Assembly (NCBI GenBank): GCA_016926735.1
Contig: JAFGOA010000171.1
Span: forward strand, 1-58,205
Length of the DNA: 58,205 nucleotides
Direction: 5' to 3'
Origin: Promethearchaeota archaeon
GTDB lineage: Archaea; Asgardarchaeota; Lokiarchaeia; Sigyniarchaeales; SOKP01
The translations under genes were made by a program, and so were the position numbers. The notes under the pieces were generated by a model. It was not told where the DNA came from. It ran no database searches and saw nothing but the letters and a program-made list of their open reading frames with translations. How positions within the stretch are numbered: position 1 is the stretch's first letter; each line of letters opens with the position of its first letter. This document shows positions 1 to 11,138 of the stretch, piece by piece.

Positions 1-46
1 AATTAAATATTTAATTTTTTAAATTAAAATAAAGTCGAATAAAAAA

Positions 47-781
47 ATGACTGAAATTAAACAGAACGCTATAGAATTAAATGATATTTCAAAATCCTAC
101 ATTACTGGTGAGATTAAAGTTATAGCTCTGGACAATATAAAATTAATTGTAAAAACAGGTGAAAAACTTGCTGTATTAGGGCCTTCTGGCTCTGGAAAAA
201 CTACGCTTCTTAACCTTCTTGGAGGAATTACAAATCCTGATTTGGAGAAAGGAAAACTTAGAATATTTCATGAGGAGATACAGAATTATAAATTAAAAGA
301 GTTAAATAATTATAGAAAAACTCGAATTGGATTTATATTTCAATTTTTTAATCTTTTTCCAACATTAACAGCTTTAGAAAATGTTATAATAGGATGTGAA
401 CTCCTCTTAGAGAAGAGAGAAAATTCAATTAATATTTATAAAATTGCAAAAGAATATCTGGAAAAGGTTGGTTTGGGGAAGAGATTAAATCATTATCCTT
501 CCCAACTTAGTGGCGGAGAACAACAAAGAGTCGCAATAGCAAGAGCTTTAGTAAAAATTCCTTTTATTGGTAAAAATTTTCTTCTTTTATTAGATGAACC
601 TACAGGAAATTTAGATTCAAATACAAGTAAGAAAATAATAACACTTATAGGAGATTTAAATGAAAAAGAAGGGATAACATGTATATTAGTAACTCATGAT
701 GAACCCTTGGCAAAACTTTTTGCTTCAAGAATTGTTCATTTGGAAAATGGTAAAATTATCAATGATAATGGTGATCTTTAA
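47..781 (+). CDS. ABC transporter ATP-binding protein (LolD/MacB/SalX-like)
   Basis: Walker A GPSGSGKTT, signature LSGGEQQRVAIARA, Walker B LLLLDEPTGNLD, H-loop VTHD. Confidence 0.95.
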   Translation: MTEIKQNAIELNDISKSYITGEIKVIALDNIKLIVKTGEKLAVLGPSGSGKTTLLNLLGGITNPDLEKGKLRIFHEEIQNYKLKELNNYRKTRIGFIFQFFNLFPTLTALENVIIGCELLLEKRENSINIYKIAKEYLEKVGLGKRLNHYPSQLSGGEQQRVAIARALVKIPFIGKNFLLLLDEPTGNLDSNTSKKIITLIGDLNEKEGITCILVTHDEPLAKLFASRIVHLENGKIINDNGDL

Positions 782-3283
782 TTGGATTTTTTATTAAAAA
801 AAGCATATCGAGATTTTAATAAATTAGGTTGGCGCAAATATCTAATTTTAGGTGTTATATCTTTATGCATTGGAGGAAGTCTTGCTATTAATTATACAAT
901 CTCCGCAAGTTTGCCCATGATAGACTCATATTTTAACAGTGCTAATCATGCAGACTATACTTATCAATTTAATGATAATTCTTGGATTAATTCGTCTCAG
1001 TTTAATGAAATTAAAAATATTCCTGAAATAGATAAATGTACTGGACGACTTATATGGTCTACTTCAATAAAATTAGCAGGACAACAAGATTGGAAGTATG
1101 TTTTATTAATTGGATTAAATAGTACTATTGATTCTCCAGAGGTTTATAAATATTTTATCAGATCAGGAGAAAATTTTAATCAAGGAAGTAATAACTTAAG
1201 TGCAGTAATAGACAATAGCTTTTTTGAAAAAAATCAGTTAGAATTAAATCAAATCTTAAATATTACTAGTTTAAATAATGCTTCTGTTCAGATTACGGGC
1301 ACGTTTAATTCACCAGAATTTTTACTTCCCGTAAGTAATCCAGAATTTATTCTACCCCTTGAAGGTTCAATGGGAATTATTTATTTACCTCAGAAAACAT
1401 TAAAAACCTATATCATTGATCATTATACATATTTGAACAATACAACTCCAGTTAATTATGATTCTCAAATCCTTTATCTCAATCTAATAGACTATAACAA
1501 TATTGCTTTAACATTTAAAGAAGATATTTCTTTAAAAAATGGAGATATAGCAGTCCAAGATTATATCAAAAATAATATGGGACTTGATATTTATGAAGCT
1601 AAGAATTTCTATGAATCGTTTCCATATAGTTATATAAAAGCTGATTTAGGCGAATCTAGTGAATTCATGTGGATTATTCAGATTTTTATTGCATTAACAG
1701 GTATTTTAGTTATATATGTTGTTTTTAATCGATATACGCATACACAAAAACAACAAACAGGCATTCTTGAAGCTTTAGGCTATTCAAAAAAGCAAATATA
1801 TCAATATTATTCAATTATTATGATAATTATTTATTCTATTTCCATACCAATTGGAATTATGATAGGATTTTCAATTGGATATATAATGATAAATGTATTG
1901 CTAACTGAAATGGCGAATATGCATTTTTTTGAATTTGGATTTCTTTTTTTACCAGAAGTTATGTACATAGGACTAATAACTGGAGGATTAATAATATTTT
2001 TAAGTGTATATCTTCCTGTGAGGAAAATTGCTAAAAAAGATACAAGTAAACTTATTTATCAAAAACTTGAACTTAAATATAAGAAAAAACAAAAAATACG
2101 ATTTAATAGAAATAATATTAAGAAAATTTCACAAAAATTACCTTTTAAAAATGCATTTAGGAATAAAAAAAGAATAGTATTCTCATTATTAGCAATTACA
2201 TTCTCACTATTAATTGTAACATCCACTCAATGTATGTTAGATAGTATGTTCTCAAATATCGATACTACATTTAATAACCCAAATGCTTCAGGGAATCCAC
2301 CTGTTGAGAATTGGGATTTGAATGTTCAATTTCAAGACAGTGTTAATAAATCATATTTTGATTCATTAGTTGATAAAATAGAGAATATTATAGGCATTCA
2401 AAATTCATTGGTATATACAAAAGGGATAGGAATAGCTGAAGGAAAAGAAAATAGGTCATTACTTATAATAGGGATGGATCTGAATAATAGCAATATTCAT
2501 AATTTTAAATGGAAAACTAAAATAAGAGAAGATATATACCCATTAGCAGATAATGAAATCATAATTTCTTCTGTCGAAGCTACTAAATTAGGTAAAAATA
2601 TAGGAGATATATTGATAATAAGAAATAGTACAGATCAAATTACATCATTAGAAATTGTAGGAATTCATAGAGATTTAACACTTATCACTTATATTTCAGA
2701 AACATTAGGTAAAATATTATTTCATTCCTCAATAAATCTAGTTGATGGAATATATTTGTCATTAGATTCAGGAGCAGATAAAGAAAATGTAAAAGAACAA
2801 ATTTATAACTTAGGGAATATAGAAGTTATTTTTGATTCTGAAGAAATGGGTAAAGCAAGCACAGATTATATTGAAAATTTTTTCTCAGTTTTCTATGTTC
2901 TTATCTATTATACTTTAGCTGTTGTCTTAATTATTCTAATATATAATTCTATAATGAATATTTATGATAAAAATTATGAATTTGGAATTTTACGATCTCT
3001 TGGATATTCAAAACGAAATATAGGAAAAATGATTTTTATTGAAAATTTAATACAAACTACAATCCCAATTATATTGACATTGATTTTTACCTATCCATTG
3101 TCATTTGAACTGATGTCTATTTATGAATCAAATTTTCCTTTGGATGTAAGTTTTGGACCATTGACTATTATATTTGCAATTATCCCCGCCTTACTAATGA
3201 GTATTTTAGGCTCTTTTATAGCCTTAAGAGTAGTATATAAGAAAACCCTTTATGAACAAGTACAAACAAGCTACGTAGGATAA
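782..3283 (+). CDS. ABC transporter permease, duplicated MacB/FtsX type
   Basis: Two halves, each a periplasmic-type domain plus TM segments with GILEALGYSKK and GILRSLGYSKR motifs; abuts the ATPase gene; TTG start. Confidence 0.9.
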   Translation: MDFLLKKAYRDFNKLGWRKYLILGVISLCIGGSLAINYTISASLPMIDSYFNSANHADYTYQFNDNSWINSSQFNEIKNIPEIDKCTGRLIWSTSIKLAGQQDWKYVLLIGLNSTIDSPEVYKYFIRSGENFNQGSNNLSAVIDNSFFEKNQLELNQILNITSLNNASVQITGTFNSPEFLLPVSNPEFILPLEGSMGIIYLPQKTLKTYIIDHYTYLNNTTPVNYDSQILYLNLIDYNNIALTFKEDISLKNGDIAVQDYIKNNMGLDIYEAKNFYESFPYSYIKADLGESSEFMWIIQIFIALTGILVIYVVFNRYTHTQKQQTGILEALGYSKKQIYQYYSIIMIIIYSISIPIGIMIGFSIGYIMINVLLTEMANMHFFEFGFLFLPEVMYIGLITGGLIIFLSVYLPVRKIAKKDTSKLIYQKLELKYKKKQKIRFNRNNIKKISQKLPFKNAFRNKKRIVFSLLAITFSLLIVTSTQCMLDSMFSNIDTTFNNPNASGNPPVENWDLNVQFQDSVNKSYFDSLVDKIENIIGIQNSLVYTKGIGIAEGKENRSLLIIGMDLNNSNIHNFKWKTKIREDIYPLADNEIIISSVEATKLGKNIGDILIIRNSTDQITSLEIVGIHRDLTLITYISETLGKILFHSSINLVDGIYLSLDSGADKENVKEQIYNLGNIEVIFDSEEMGKASTDYIENFFSVFYVLIYYTLAVVLIILIYNSIMNIYDKNYEFGILRSLGYSKRNIGKMIFIENLIQTTIPIILTLIFTYPLSFELMSIYESNFPLDVSFGPLTIIFAIIPALLMSILGSFIALRVVYKKTLYEQVQTSYVG

Positions 3284-3296
3284 TTAATTTCAATAT

Positions 3297-3361
3297 ATAT
3301 GAATCTACCTAAAATTTTTGTTCTTTAGAGTGTAATAGATTCATATTCTCTTTTTTTTTTT
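3297..3361 (+). terminator. Putative terminator (11-bp inverted repeat plus T-tract)
   Basis: ATATGAATCTA (3297-3307) and TAGATTCATAT (3336-3346) followed by an 11-T run, downstream of the ABC operon. Confidence 0.45.
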
Positions 3362-3574
3362 GATATAAAATTAGATTTTATAGAATTTAATTATTATCTA
3401 TACTGTTTTTGTATTCCTTAAATAGAAAAGTTAATAATTAGAATATATTTTGGAATTTTATTATCAATTTTCAATAAAATATTTTAAATCTTAAATAATT
3501 TTATTTAAAACTATTCTGTAAAACAATTAATAAAAAATAAGATAAAAATTTATGATTATAATGTTCGAAATATC

Positions 3575-4639
3575 TTAACATTTAAGATGAGCAGGTATTT
3601 TCTTCATAATATTTTTTATATTGTCTGTAATAAATAAATTACCTATTAATGTTTTTAATTCATCAAAATTTTCATTTATTTTAATTTTGTCACTTAAAAC
3701 GGATAATCTAGCAAGAGATTCTTTTATATCAATTGGAAGTGGTGAAGCATCTGAAGTACCAAATGCATTAACAAGAGAACTCATAATTTTATCATAATCC
3801 ATTTTAGAAATTTTATTATCGAGCATATTTATTACAGTATGATGTAATATCTTTTGAAATTCTAATTCAGAATGTATATAGTGCATTTTTGTACTAATTT
3901 GTTGATACATATTTATTAATTTTGGATGCATAATTTTATCACTCACTTGAAGAATATAATCGGAATTATTCTCCATTCTGTTAATATTTGACTTTATTTT
4001 TTTATATAGGTTAAACCAGTCATCTGAATTTAAATTATCTTTCTTATAAATGTCTATTAATTTGATGATATCATCATAAATCAATGCTATTTCTTTATCA
4101 AGTAAAATTTTCTCCGTGACAAAAGCTCCACTAAGTCCTAATGTCATCATTTGGATTTTTCCAATTTGTAATCTAGACATCATTTTATATTTTAAAATTG
4201 GAGGAATGCTTTTAAATCCTAAATTTTCTCCGCAATTAATACATGGACCAATATTAGCTAGTAATTCAAAATTATCTTTTCCACATGTGTGAATTTCTGG
4301 AATTTTTTCATTAAATAATCTTTTAAATCCACATTCATAGCATTCCCAGCAATCACAATTAACACATAAAAAAAATTTTGTTTCTATTTTAGATTTTCCA
4401 CATACAGCACATTTTTCATATGTTGTCACTTGTTTTGAATCAAATTCATCAAGTGCATCTATTTTAGATTCATCAAAAACACCAATCCGATAATTTTTAT
4501 TATTACCTTGAGGATTAAGTGTTGCAAGATCTTTATATCCTTTATTTTTTAATTTTTGAACTATTTTATTTGCTTGTTCTTGAGTATTTGCTGTTTTTAA
4601 TATTTTAATCCAAGGCTCTATTGGTAACATAAATATCAT
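3575..4639 (-). CDS. Hypothetical protein with Cys-rich zinc-binding N-terminal region
   Basis: 354-aa ORF with CAVC, CVNC, CYEC and CINC pairs. Confidence 0.7.
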   Translation of the reverse strand: MIFMLPIEPWIKILKTANTQEQANKIVQKLKNKGYKDLATLNPQGNNKNYRIGVFDESKIDALDEFDSKQVTTYEKCAVCGKSKIETKFFLCVNCDCWECYECGFKRLFNEKIPEIHTCGKDNFELLANIGPCINCGENLGFKSIPPILKYKMMSRLQIGKIQMMTLGLSGAFVTEKILLDKEIALIYDDIIKLIDIYKKDNLNSDDWFNLYKKIKSNINRMENNSDYILQVSDKIMHPKLINMYQQISTKMHYIHSELEFQKILHHTVINMLDNKISKMDYDKIMSSLVNAFGTSDASPLPIDIKESLARLSVLSDKIKINENFDELKTLIGNLFITDNIKNIMKKIPAHLKC

Positions 4640-4877
4640 ATTTAATTTTGTGTTATAAATTTTAAGGTATATTTTTTTGACTAAAAAAAATTATATCAGG
4701 ATAAAAATAAGTAATAAACTTTGGAATTTTATTATTAAAATTCAAAAAAATTTTGTATAAATAATTTAAAGGTTATATGAAAATGATATCAACTAAGATT
4801 GTAAAAATCTCGTTGTTGCTATAAAAATTATACCTTAAAACTTATATAAAGATATTTAACTATTCTAAATAGCAAAA

Positions 4878-7184
4878 ATGAAAAAATCAAAATCAATTCT
4901 ATTTCTTCTTTTTTTATTTAATATTATTTTTTTATCCTCAAATATAAGCATACTTAATTATTCAAATAATCGAAATATTTCAATATCGATGATAAATCTT
5001 CCTGATAATAATCCAAATAAGAATTGGAATAATGGATCAAGTAATTCTCCCGATATTGTTATAGATAATAATAATGAAATACATATGGTTTGGTCTGATA
5101 ATACAGAGGGCATTTGGGGTGATGATTATGAAATTATGTATGAAAAGATTGAAGATCAATCCAGTGGGAAAAACACAAGAATTATCTCCGATGGATATCA
5201 AGGAGGGTATTTCAATTGGGGTAATAGTTCCGCTCCTGAAATAGAAATAGATCATAATGGTAAATTTCATGTAGTTTGGATGGATAATTCTGAAGGAATA
5301 TGGACCAATGGACCTTATGATTATGAAATTATGTATGCATCATCTGAAGATGGTATTTTATGGTCAAATGCTACAGTTATTTCAGATGGATTCAATGGAA
5401 TATATTGGAATAATGATGGCAGTTTAAGTCCAGATATTGCTATAGACTCTAATAATAAGATCCATGTAGTATGGAATGATTGGACGGAAGGTCCATGGGG
5501 TACTGATTCTGAAATAATGTATGCATCGTCTTCAGATGGAGTCACATGGTCAAATATTACTATAACATCTGACGGATTTAATGGAACCTATTGGAACAAT
5601 GGATTGAGTTCACAACCATCAATAGTTATCGATAATTCTGATATGATTCATATTGTATGGGATGATGATACACATGGAATATGGGGAGATGATTATGAAA
5701 TTATGTATGCATCATCTGAAGATGGTATTTTATGGTCAAATGCTACAGTTATATCTGATGATGAGACTTATTGGAATAATGGAAATAGTATAAATCCAGC
5801 TATAACCACAGATGTTAATGAAAATATTCATGTAGTATGGCAAGATAATACTGAGGGGGTATGGGATACTGATTCTAAAATAATGTATTGTAGTTTCATA
5901 CAAAGTATAGGATGGTCAAATGCTACTGTGATATCAGATGGATATGGGGGATATTATTGGAATAATGGTACTAGTGAATATCCTTCGATAGCTATTGATG
6001 AGTATAATATAATACATGTAGTATGGTCTGATGATACTGATGGAATATGGGGAAATGATAAAGAAATCATGTATACATCATCTTTAAATGGAGTCACATG
6101 GTTAAATGCTACAGTTATTTCAGAGGAATTTAATAGTGTTTATTGGAATAATGGTGATAGTAAAAATCCCTCGATTGCTATTGATGATTCTAATATGATA
6201 CATGTAGTTTGGTCTGATGATACTGATGGAAAATGGGGAAATGATAAAGAAATCATGTATACATCATCTTTAGAGGGTATAATTTGGTCTAATATTAGTA
6301 TTTTATCTGATCAGCTTGTTTCTATTAATACTCAAGCAATTTATGAATTATATTTTATATTTAATTTAATCATTTCCTTGATACTTCTTGGATGTATATT
6401 TATTCTATCTTTGCTAAAAAAGTTATCAAGAAAAAACAATAAGTCGATTTATTACACAGAAATTCTCGATATTTCCTCTATTCTTATTTCAAGTACACTA
6501 GCAATACCACAAATTTATCAAATCAATTATAATTCATCTATAATCTTTGATAAAACACCAATAGATCTCTTTATTTTTTTATTTCCTTATATTATACTCT
6601 TATTATCTATTATAATAATACTGATTTCTATAATCTCATTAGTTATTTCATTAGATGAATATTATTCTTATATTAGAAGAAAGACTAATCAATATAAAAA
6701 ACATCCAAAACTGAATTTTGATGATATTTTTAAAAATAAAAATAGAGAGAAAATAATTAAGCTGATTCTATCAGAACCAGGAATTCATCATAATGATTTA
6801 CGCAGACGATGTGATTTATATCCTAATCAAATAAATTGGCATTTAAATATCTTATTAGAATATGGTATAATTAAAAAGGATAAAATAAATAATTATACAA
6901 TTTTCTATCCAAATATTCAAGAAGTATCTTCAAAAATAATAACAAAAAAATTAATTAAATCTAAAACCACCCTTGATATACTAAATTTGATTGAAGAACA
7001 ACCAGGAATAAAACCTTCTTCTTTAGGAAGAGATCTGGAATTAAAAAAAACTACCATCTCCTATCATATCAATAAATTAAAAAGAAAAAATATAATAAAA
7101 ACGATTAGAGAAGGAAGGGAATTAAAATTATTTACTTTGGAAAATTGTTCAAAAAATGAACCACAAATGTTTTTATATGACTAA
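4878..7184 (+). CDS. Membrane-anchored regulator: extracellular BNR/beta-propeller-like repeats, TM helices and tandem winged-HTH domains
   Basis: Signal peptide; about 7 repeats of ~60 aa (IHVVWxDxTxGxW...IMY); 3 TM segments; two C-terminal HTH units (EPGIHHNDLRR, EQPGIKPSSLGRDL...TISYHINKL). Confidence 0.8.
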   Translation: MKKSKSILFLLFLFNIIFLSSNISILNYSNNRNISISMINLPDNNPNKNWNNGSSNSPDIVIDNNNEIHMVWSDNTEGIWGDDYEIMYEKIEDQSSGKNTRIISDGYQGGYFNWGNSSAPEIEIDHNGKFHVVWMDNSEGIWTNGPYDYEIMYASSEDGILWSNATVISDGFNGIYWNNDGSLSPDIAIDSNNKIHVVWNDWTEGPWGTDSEIMYASSSDGVTWSNITITSDGFNGTYWNNGLSSQPSIVIDNSDMIHIVWDDDTHGIWGDDYEIMYASSEDGILWSNATVISDDETYWNNGNSINPAITTDVNENIHVVWQDNTEGVWDTDSKIMYCSFIQSIGWSNATVISDGYGGYYWNNGTSEYPSIAIDEYNIIHVVWSDDTDGIWGNDKEIMYTSSLNGVTWLNATVISEEFNSVYWNNGDSKNPSIAIDDSNMIHVVWSDDTDGKWGNDKEIMYTSSLEGIIWSNISILSDQLVSINTQAIYELYFIFNLIISLILLGCIFILSLLKKLSRKNNKSIYYTEILDISSILISSTLAIPQIYQINYNSSIIFDKTPIDLFIFLFPYIILLLSIIIILISIISLVISLDEYYSYIRRKTNQYKKHPKLNFDDIFKNKNREKIIKLILSEPGIHHNDLRRRCDLYPNQINWHLNILLEYGIIKKDKINNYTIFYPNIQEVSSKIITKKLIKSKTTLDILNLIEEQPGIKPSSLGRDLELKKTTISYHINKLKRKNIIKTIREGRELKLFTLENCSKNEPQMFLYD

Positions 7185-7241
7185 CTTTGGTTTAATTAAT
7201 AATTTTTGAATTAGTAAAAAAGAAAAAAAGAAATAACAAAA

Positions 7242-9593
7242 ATGAAGAAATCTAAAAACATAATCTATTCTATTATATTGTTAACCATTATTGTAATAAA
7301 TATCATTAATTTAATTGGATTTTGTAATAATTCAATTTCTAATGAAGAAACACAAAATACTTTTGAGAAAAAAATAAGTTCAATTGAAGTTTCTCCCTTT
7401 ACTGTAATATCTGATGGATATTTAGATTTATATTGGAATGAATATGAATGTGAAAATCCATCAATTATAATGGATAGCACAGGTAAATTTCATTCAGTAT
7501 GGGACTGCAGTATATATATTAACGAACAATATCAGCATGAAATATTGTATGCATCTTCTGATGATGGAATTTCATGGTCTAATATTACAATTGTCTCTAA
7601 TGATTATACTAATTGGAACAGTGGATGGAGTGAATACCCAGATATTGCTGTTGATTCTAATGATAAAATTCATATTGTATGGGATGATGATACAGATGGG
7701 GCATGGGGTACTGATTCTGAAATAATGTATGTTTCTAATGATGGTTCAGGATGGTCAAATGCTACTATAATATCAGATGGATATAGTGGATATTATTGGA
7801 ATAATGGTGACAGTGTTGTTCCAAAAATTGTTATAGATTCCAATGATAAAATTCATGTTATATGGCAAGATGATACAGAAGGAATATGGGGTGGTGGATA
7901 TCATACAGACATTGAATTAATGGATGTATCCTCAGTAGATGGATTTACATGGTCAAATGCTACTGTTATTTCAGATGGATATAGTGGATTTTACTGGAAA
8001 ACAGGGATAATTCGTCATTATGCAATTACATTAGATAATAATAATAATAATATCTATGTTATATGGACTCATTCAGATAGCATAGGTGATTCAACAACTA
8101 CGGATATGTTTGTAACTTATAAGGAGAGTATTGGATGGTCAAATGTAACTCTATTATCTACTGTGGGTATTCAAACATCTTATAGTAGAATTTCTAATCC
8201 CGATATTGTAGCGGATAATGAGGGAATTATTCATATAGTAACAAATCAATTTTCTGGTGGTAACAATCTATTATGTTATATCTCTTATTCAGAAGCACAA
8301 GGATGGAGTGACCCTAAGGTAATTCCAACGGATTTACACGATCCATGGTCTTATGATGATCTTCATATTAAACAATCAATAGATGTTGATTCTTATGGGA
8401 CAATACATATTGTTTATGTAGATGTATATTTACAAATATCTGGTGGCCATACTAGCAGATATGTTAATTATCTTGCTTATAATAATAATTCTGGTCTTCT
8501 TGAAAATGAGGCAGTATCAAATTCTTTTTTTGATATGAATGATGCATATCTTGATCCATCTATTGAGGTCAATTCAGATGGTTCTGCATATGTTGTATGG
8601 ATTGATCCTACGATTGGTCCTTGGACTGGTCAATATAATGAAAAAGAAGTATTTTTTTCTTCAATATATCACAACCCCAATTTGGATAATCCTGAAGATA
8701 TAACATATGAACAAGATATGACAGGGTATTCAATAACTTGGACTCCTACAGGTGTTAATCCACATAATTATACTATTAAAAATGGAGAAAATATTATTCA
8801 ATCAGGTAATTGGACTAATGATATTCCTATTGATATTGATGTTGACGGATTAAGTTATGGTTTATATACATATACAATTAATGTTACAAATAAACAAGGG
8901 AGATATTTTACAGATTCTGTAAATGTAAATGTTTTAGAACCTCTTAACCCAGAAATATCTGAACCTTTAGATCTTACATTTGAAGAAGGTGAAACTGATC
9001 GTTCTATCTTTTGGACAGCAACAGATCTAAATGCAAATAATTATACAATATCAAATAGTACACATTTTATTCAGACAGGAGATTGGACTTCTGGAACCCC
9101 TATTGAATTGAAATTAGGATCAATAAAACAAGGAATACATAATTATGAAATTGAAATTTTTGACAAAGGAAGTCATTCATCAATAGATTCTGTAGTGGTA
9201 GATGTATCACCTCCATTAAAACCTGATTTAACTCAGCCAGAGAATATTACATATGTTCAAAATAGTATAGGTAATAGCATTTCATGGACAGGATTTGACC
9301 TCTTCCCAGATGATTATATAATCACCAGAAATGCATCATATGCAGATAGTGGAAATTGGGATTCAGAACACCCTATTATTCTAGAGATAGATGGGTTACC
9401 TGAAGGATTATATATCTATGAAATATCTATCTATGATAGAGCTAGACATGTAGAGACAAATTCTGTATGGGTCTTAGTTACTCCTGATAATCAAGAAGGA
9501 AAGGGAATATCTCTTGGTTATTCGGCTATAATAATCAGTATAATAAGCATTATTGGAATTGTGTATTATACTAAGAGAAAACTTATTAAATAA
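7242..9593 (+). CDS. Cell-surface protein with BNR-like repeats, three Ig-like repeats and a C-terminal anchor
   Basis: Signal peptide; same repeat family as the upstream gene; three PxDxTY/F...ISWT...GxW repeats; C-terminal ISLGY-TM-basic tail. Confidence 0.8.
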   Translation: MKKSKNIIYSIILLTIIVINIINLIGFCNNSISNEETQNTFEKKISSIEVSPFTVISDGYLDLYWNEYECENPSIIMDSTGKFHSVWDCSIYINEQYQHEILYASSDDGISWSNITIVSNDYTNWNSGWSEYPDIAVDSNDKIHIVWDDDTDGAWGTDSEIMYVSNDGSGWSNATIISDGYSGYYWNNGDSVVPKIVIDSNDKIHVIWQDDTEGIWGGGYHTDIELMDVSSVDGFTWSNATVISDGYSGFYWKTGIIRHYAITLDNNNNNIYVIWTHSDSIGDSTTTDMFVTYKESIGWSNVTLLSTVGIQTSYSRISNPDIVADNEGIIHIVTNQFSGGNNLLCYISYSEAQGWSDPKVIPTDLHDPWSYDDLHIKQSIDVDSYGTIHIVYVDVYLQISGGHTSRYVNYLAYNNNSGLLENEAVSNSFFDMNDAYLDPSIEVNSDGSAYVVWIDPTIGPWTGQYNEKEVFFSSIYHNPNLDNPEDITYEQDMTGYSITWTPTGVNPHNYTIKNGENIIQSGNWTNDIPIDIDVDGLSYGLYTYTINVTNKQGRYFTDSVNVNVLEPLNPEISEPLDLTFEEGETDRSIFWTATDLNANNYTISNSTHFIQTGDWTSGTPIELKLGSIKQGIHNYEIEIFDKGSHSSIDSVVVDVSPPLKPDLTQPENITYVQNSIGNSISWTGFDLFPDDYIITRNASYADSGNWDSEHPIILEIDGLPEGLYIYEISIYDRARHVETNSVWVLVTPDNQEGKGISLGYSAIIISIISIIGIVYYTKRKLIK

Positions 9594-9901
9594 TTTTTAT
9601 TCTTATTTTTACATTTTAAATATATTAGGGCAATTTTAATTACATTATTAGATTTAATAAGAATTTGAAAAATTATGTTTGAATTTAGATTAGAATTAAT
9701 TTGTATGACTCTCCTTGTATCATTTCTTTGTTTAGTAGTTTCAAATAGTCTGCAAATAGAACTTAAATAAACTAATTTACTTTCTTCAGATAGAATTGGC
9801 AATTCTATGTGATAATAGACTTCTATATTATTTTCCTTATTTTTATGTCTGAGAAAATATCTTTTTAATGCTAAAATTCTATTTTTATCATATATATTCA
9901 A
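9566..9901 (-). CDS. Hypothetical protein
   Basis: 111-aa ORF only; its 3' end overlaps the convergent gene by 28 bp. Confidence 0.35.
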   Translation of the reverse strand: MNIYDKNRILALKRYFLRHKNKENNIEVYYHIELPILSEESKLVYLSSICRLFETTKQRNDTRRVIQINSNLNSNIIFQILIKSNNVIKIALIYLKCKNKNKNYLISFLLV

Positions 9902-10040
9902 TATTTTATGATCTTGGATAATATTTAAAAATTTTTATTAAATTTCAATAATATATTTTGGAAATTTACGAGAAATTGTAACGATTTATGAATAATTTAA
10001 AGGTTGAAAAGTAAAGCTTTATATTTACGAAAAAATAATA

Positions 10041-10071
10041 TACCAGTGACTGGTAGTTCCAGTGACTGGTA
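10041..10071. promoter_or_regulatory. Tandem palindromic operator upstream of the PadR gene
   Basis: TACCAGT-G-ACTGGTA (10041-10055) and TTCCAGT-G-ACTGGTA (10057-10071). Confidence 0.7.
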
Positions 10072-10109
10072 TTTGATATTCAAATAAAATAAATCAAAGT
10101 TGATATAAA

Positions 10110-10700
10110 ATAGTTGAAGAATACACAAAAAGTTATGAAAAAGTAATTAAAAAGAACTTTGCAACAATTTTTATTCTTTCTATTCTCAAAGACGGGGCTT
10201 GTCACGGATACAAAATAAATAATAGAATAAGAAAACGTACATTAGGAATGTGGAATCCAAAAGCATCAAGTTTGTACTGGATTTTAAAAAAACAAAGAGA
10301 AATGGGCTTAATAAAACTCGTATTTCAAAAGAAGAACGAAAGAAATAAAAAAGTATATGAAATTACCGATAAAGGAAAAGAAACATTGAGACGTATGATT
10401 AAAAGTCAAAAAAAAATAAGAATGGCTTACGAAAACTTCTTGAAATTATCATCAGAACATATTTTTCCTTTTGATTCAGAAGATTTAGAATATTTTGATA
10501 ATATATTGAATTATCAAATATTTTCAGATATAATTAAATCAGAAAAGGATAATTCGGAAGCGACTTATAAAAAAAAAATCCATCTTCTAAATCTTCAAAA
10601 AGAAAATATTATGATAGTTCGAGATAGATTGAATAATTATATTGAAAAAATAGATGAAATAACTCAAAAATTTAAACAAGAATCAATGAACTTAAATTAA
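10110..10700 (+). CDS. PadR-family transcriptional regulator (extends upstream of the ORF-track start)
   Basis: Frame is open from 10104 and encodes ILSILKDGACHGYKI before MWNP...SLYWILK...KKVYEITDKG; no ATG/GTG/TTG upstream, so ATA at 10110 is the proposed start. Confidence 0.8.
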   Translation: MVEEYTKSYEKVIKKNFATIFILSILKDGACHGYKINNRIRKRTLGMWNPKASSLYWILKKQREMGLIKLVFQKKNERNKKVYEITDKGKETLRRMIKSQKKIRMAYENFLKLSSEHIFPFDSEDLEYFDNILNYQIFSDIIKSEKDNSEATYKKKIHLLNLQKENIMIVRDRLNNYIEKIDEITQKFKQESMNLN

Positions 10701-10772
10701 GAATATCAAGTAGCATAAAAACAAAAAAAAGGTGATCTATTATAGCTAAAAATGAACTCTTTATAACAGTGA

Positions 10773-11045
10773 CTTTTTAAAAGGATATCCCTTAACTATA
10801 AAAAACGAGTTTATGAAATCTTAAACCAATTAAAAATCCCTTTAATAGACGAGAGAGTATATGATAAAGTAAATATAAATATTGGAGATGCTTTGGCAAC
10901 TGTGATTTTTCGATTTGAAGAAGATGAATCTATCATTCAAGGTTTTCTTAGTCTTGCAGAATATTTTCGTACAATTGTTATAAAAAGGAAGGACGAATTT
11001 TTTATTCCTCTTCCTTCAATTTTATTTCGGTTAATTAATACATAG
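10773..11045 (+). pseudogene. Open frame lacking a canonical start; probable 5'-damaged gene
   Basis: 90 sense codons (NYKKRVYEILNQLKIPLIDERVYDKV...SILFRLINT); GGTGA RBS at 10731 but the 5' part has stops or is out of frame. Confidence 0.45.
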
Positions 11046-11138
11046 ATTTTTTTTTCTATCTTTTTCTTTTTTTTTCTTTAATCAAAATTATAATACCATC
11101 CAAGAAGTATTTTAAAACTATTTTTAGACTCCTTTTTC

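Noticed and set aside
10770-10772. In-frame TGA ahead of the 10773-11045 open frame as a possible Sec codon
   Set aside because: A TAA lies two codons upstream and there is no redox motif
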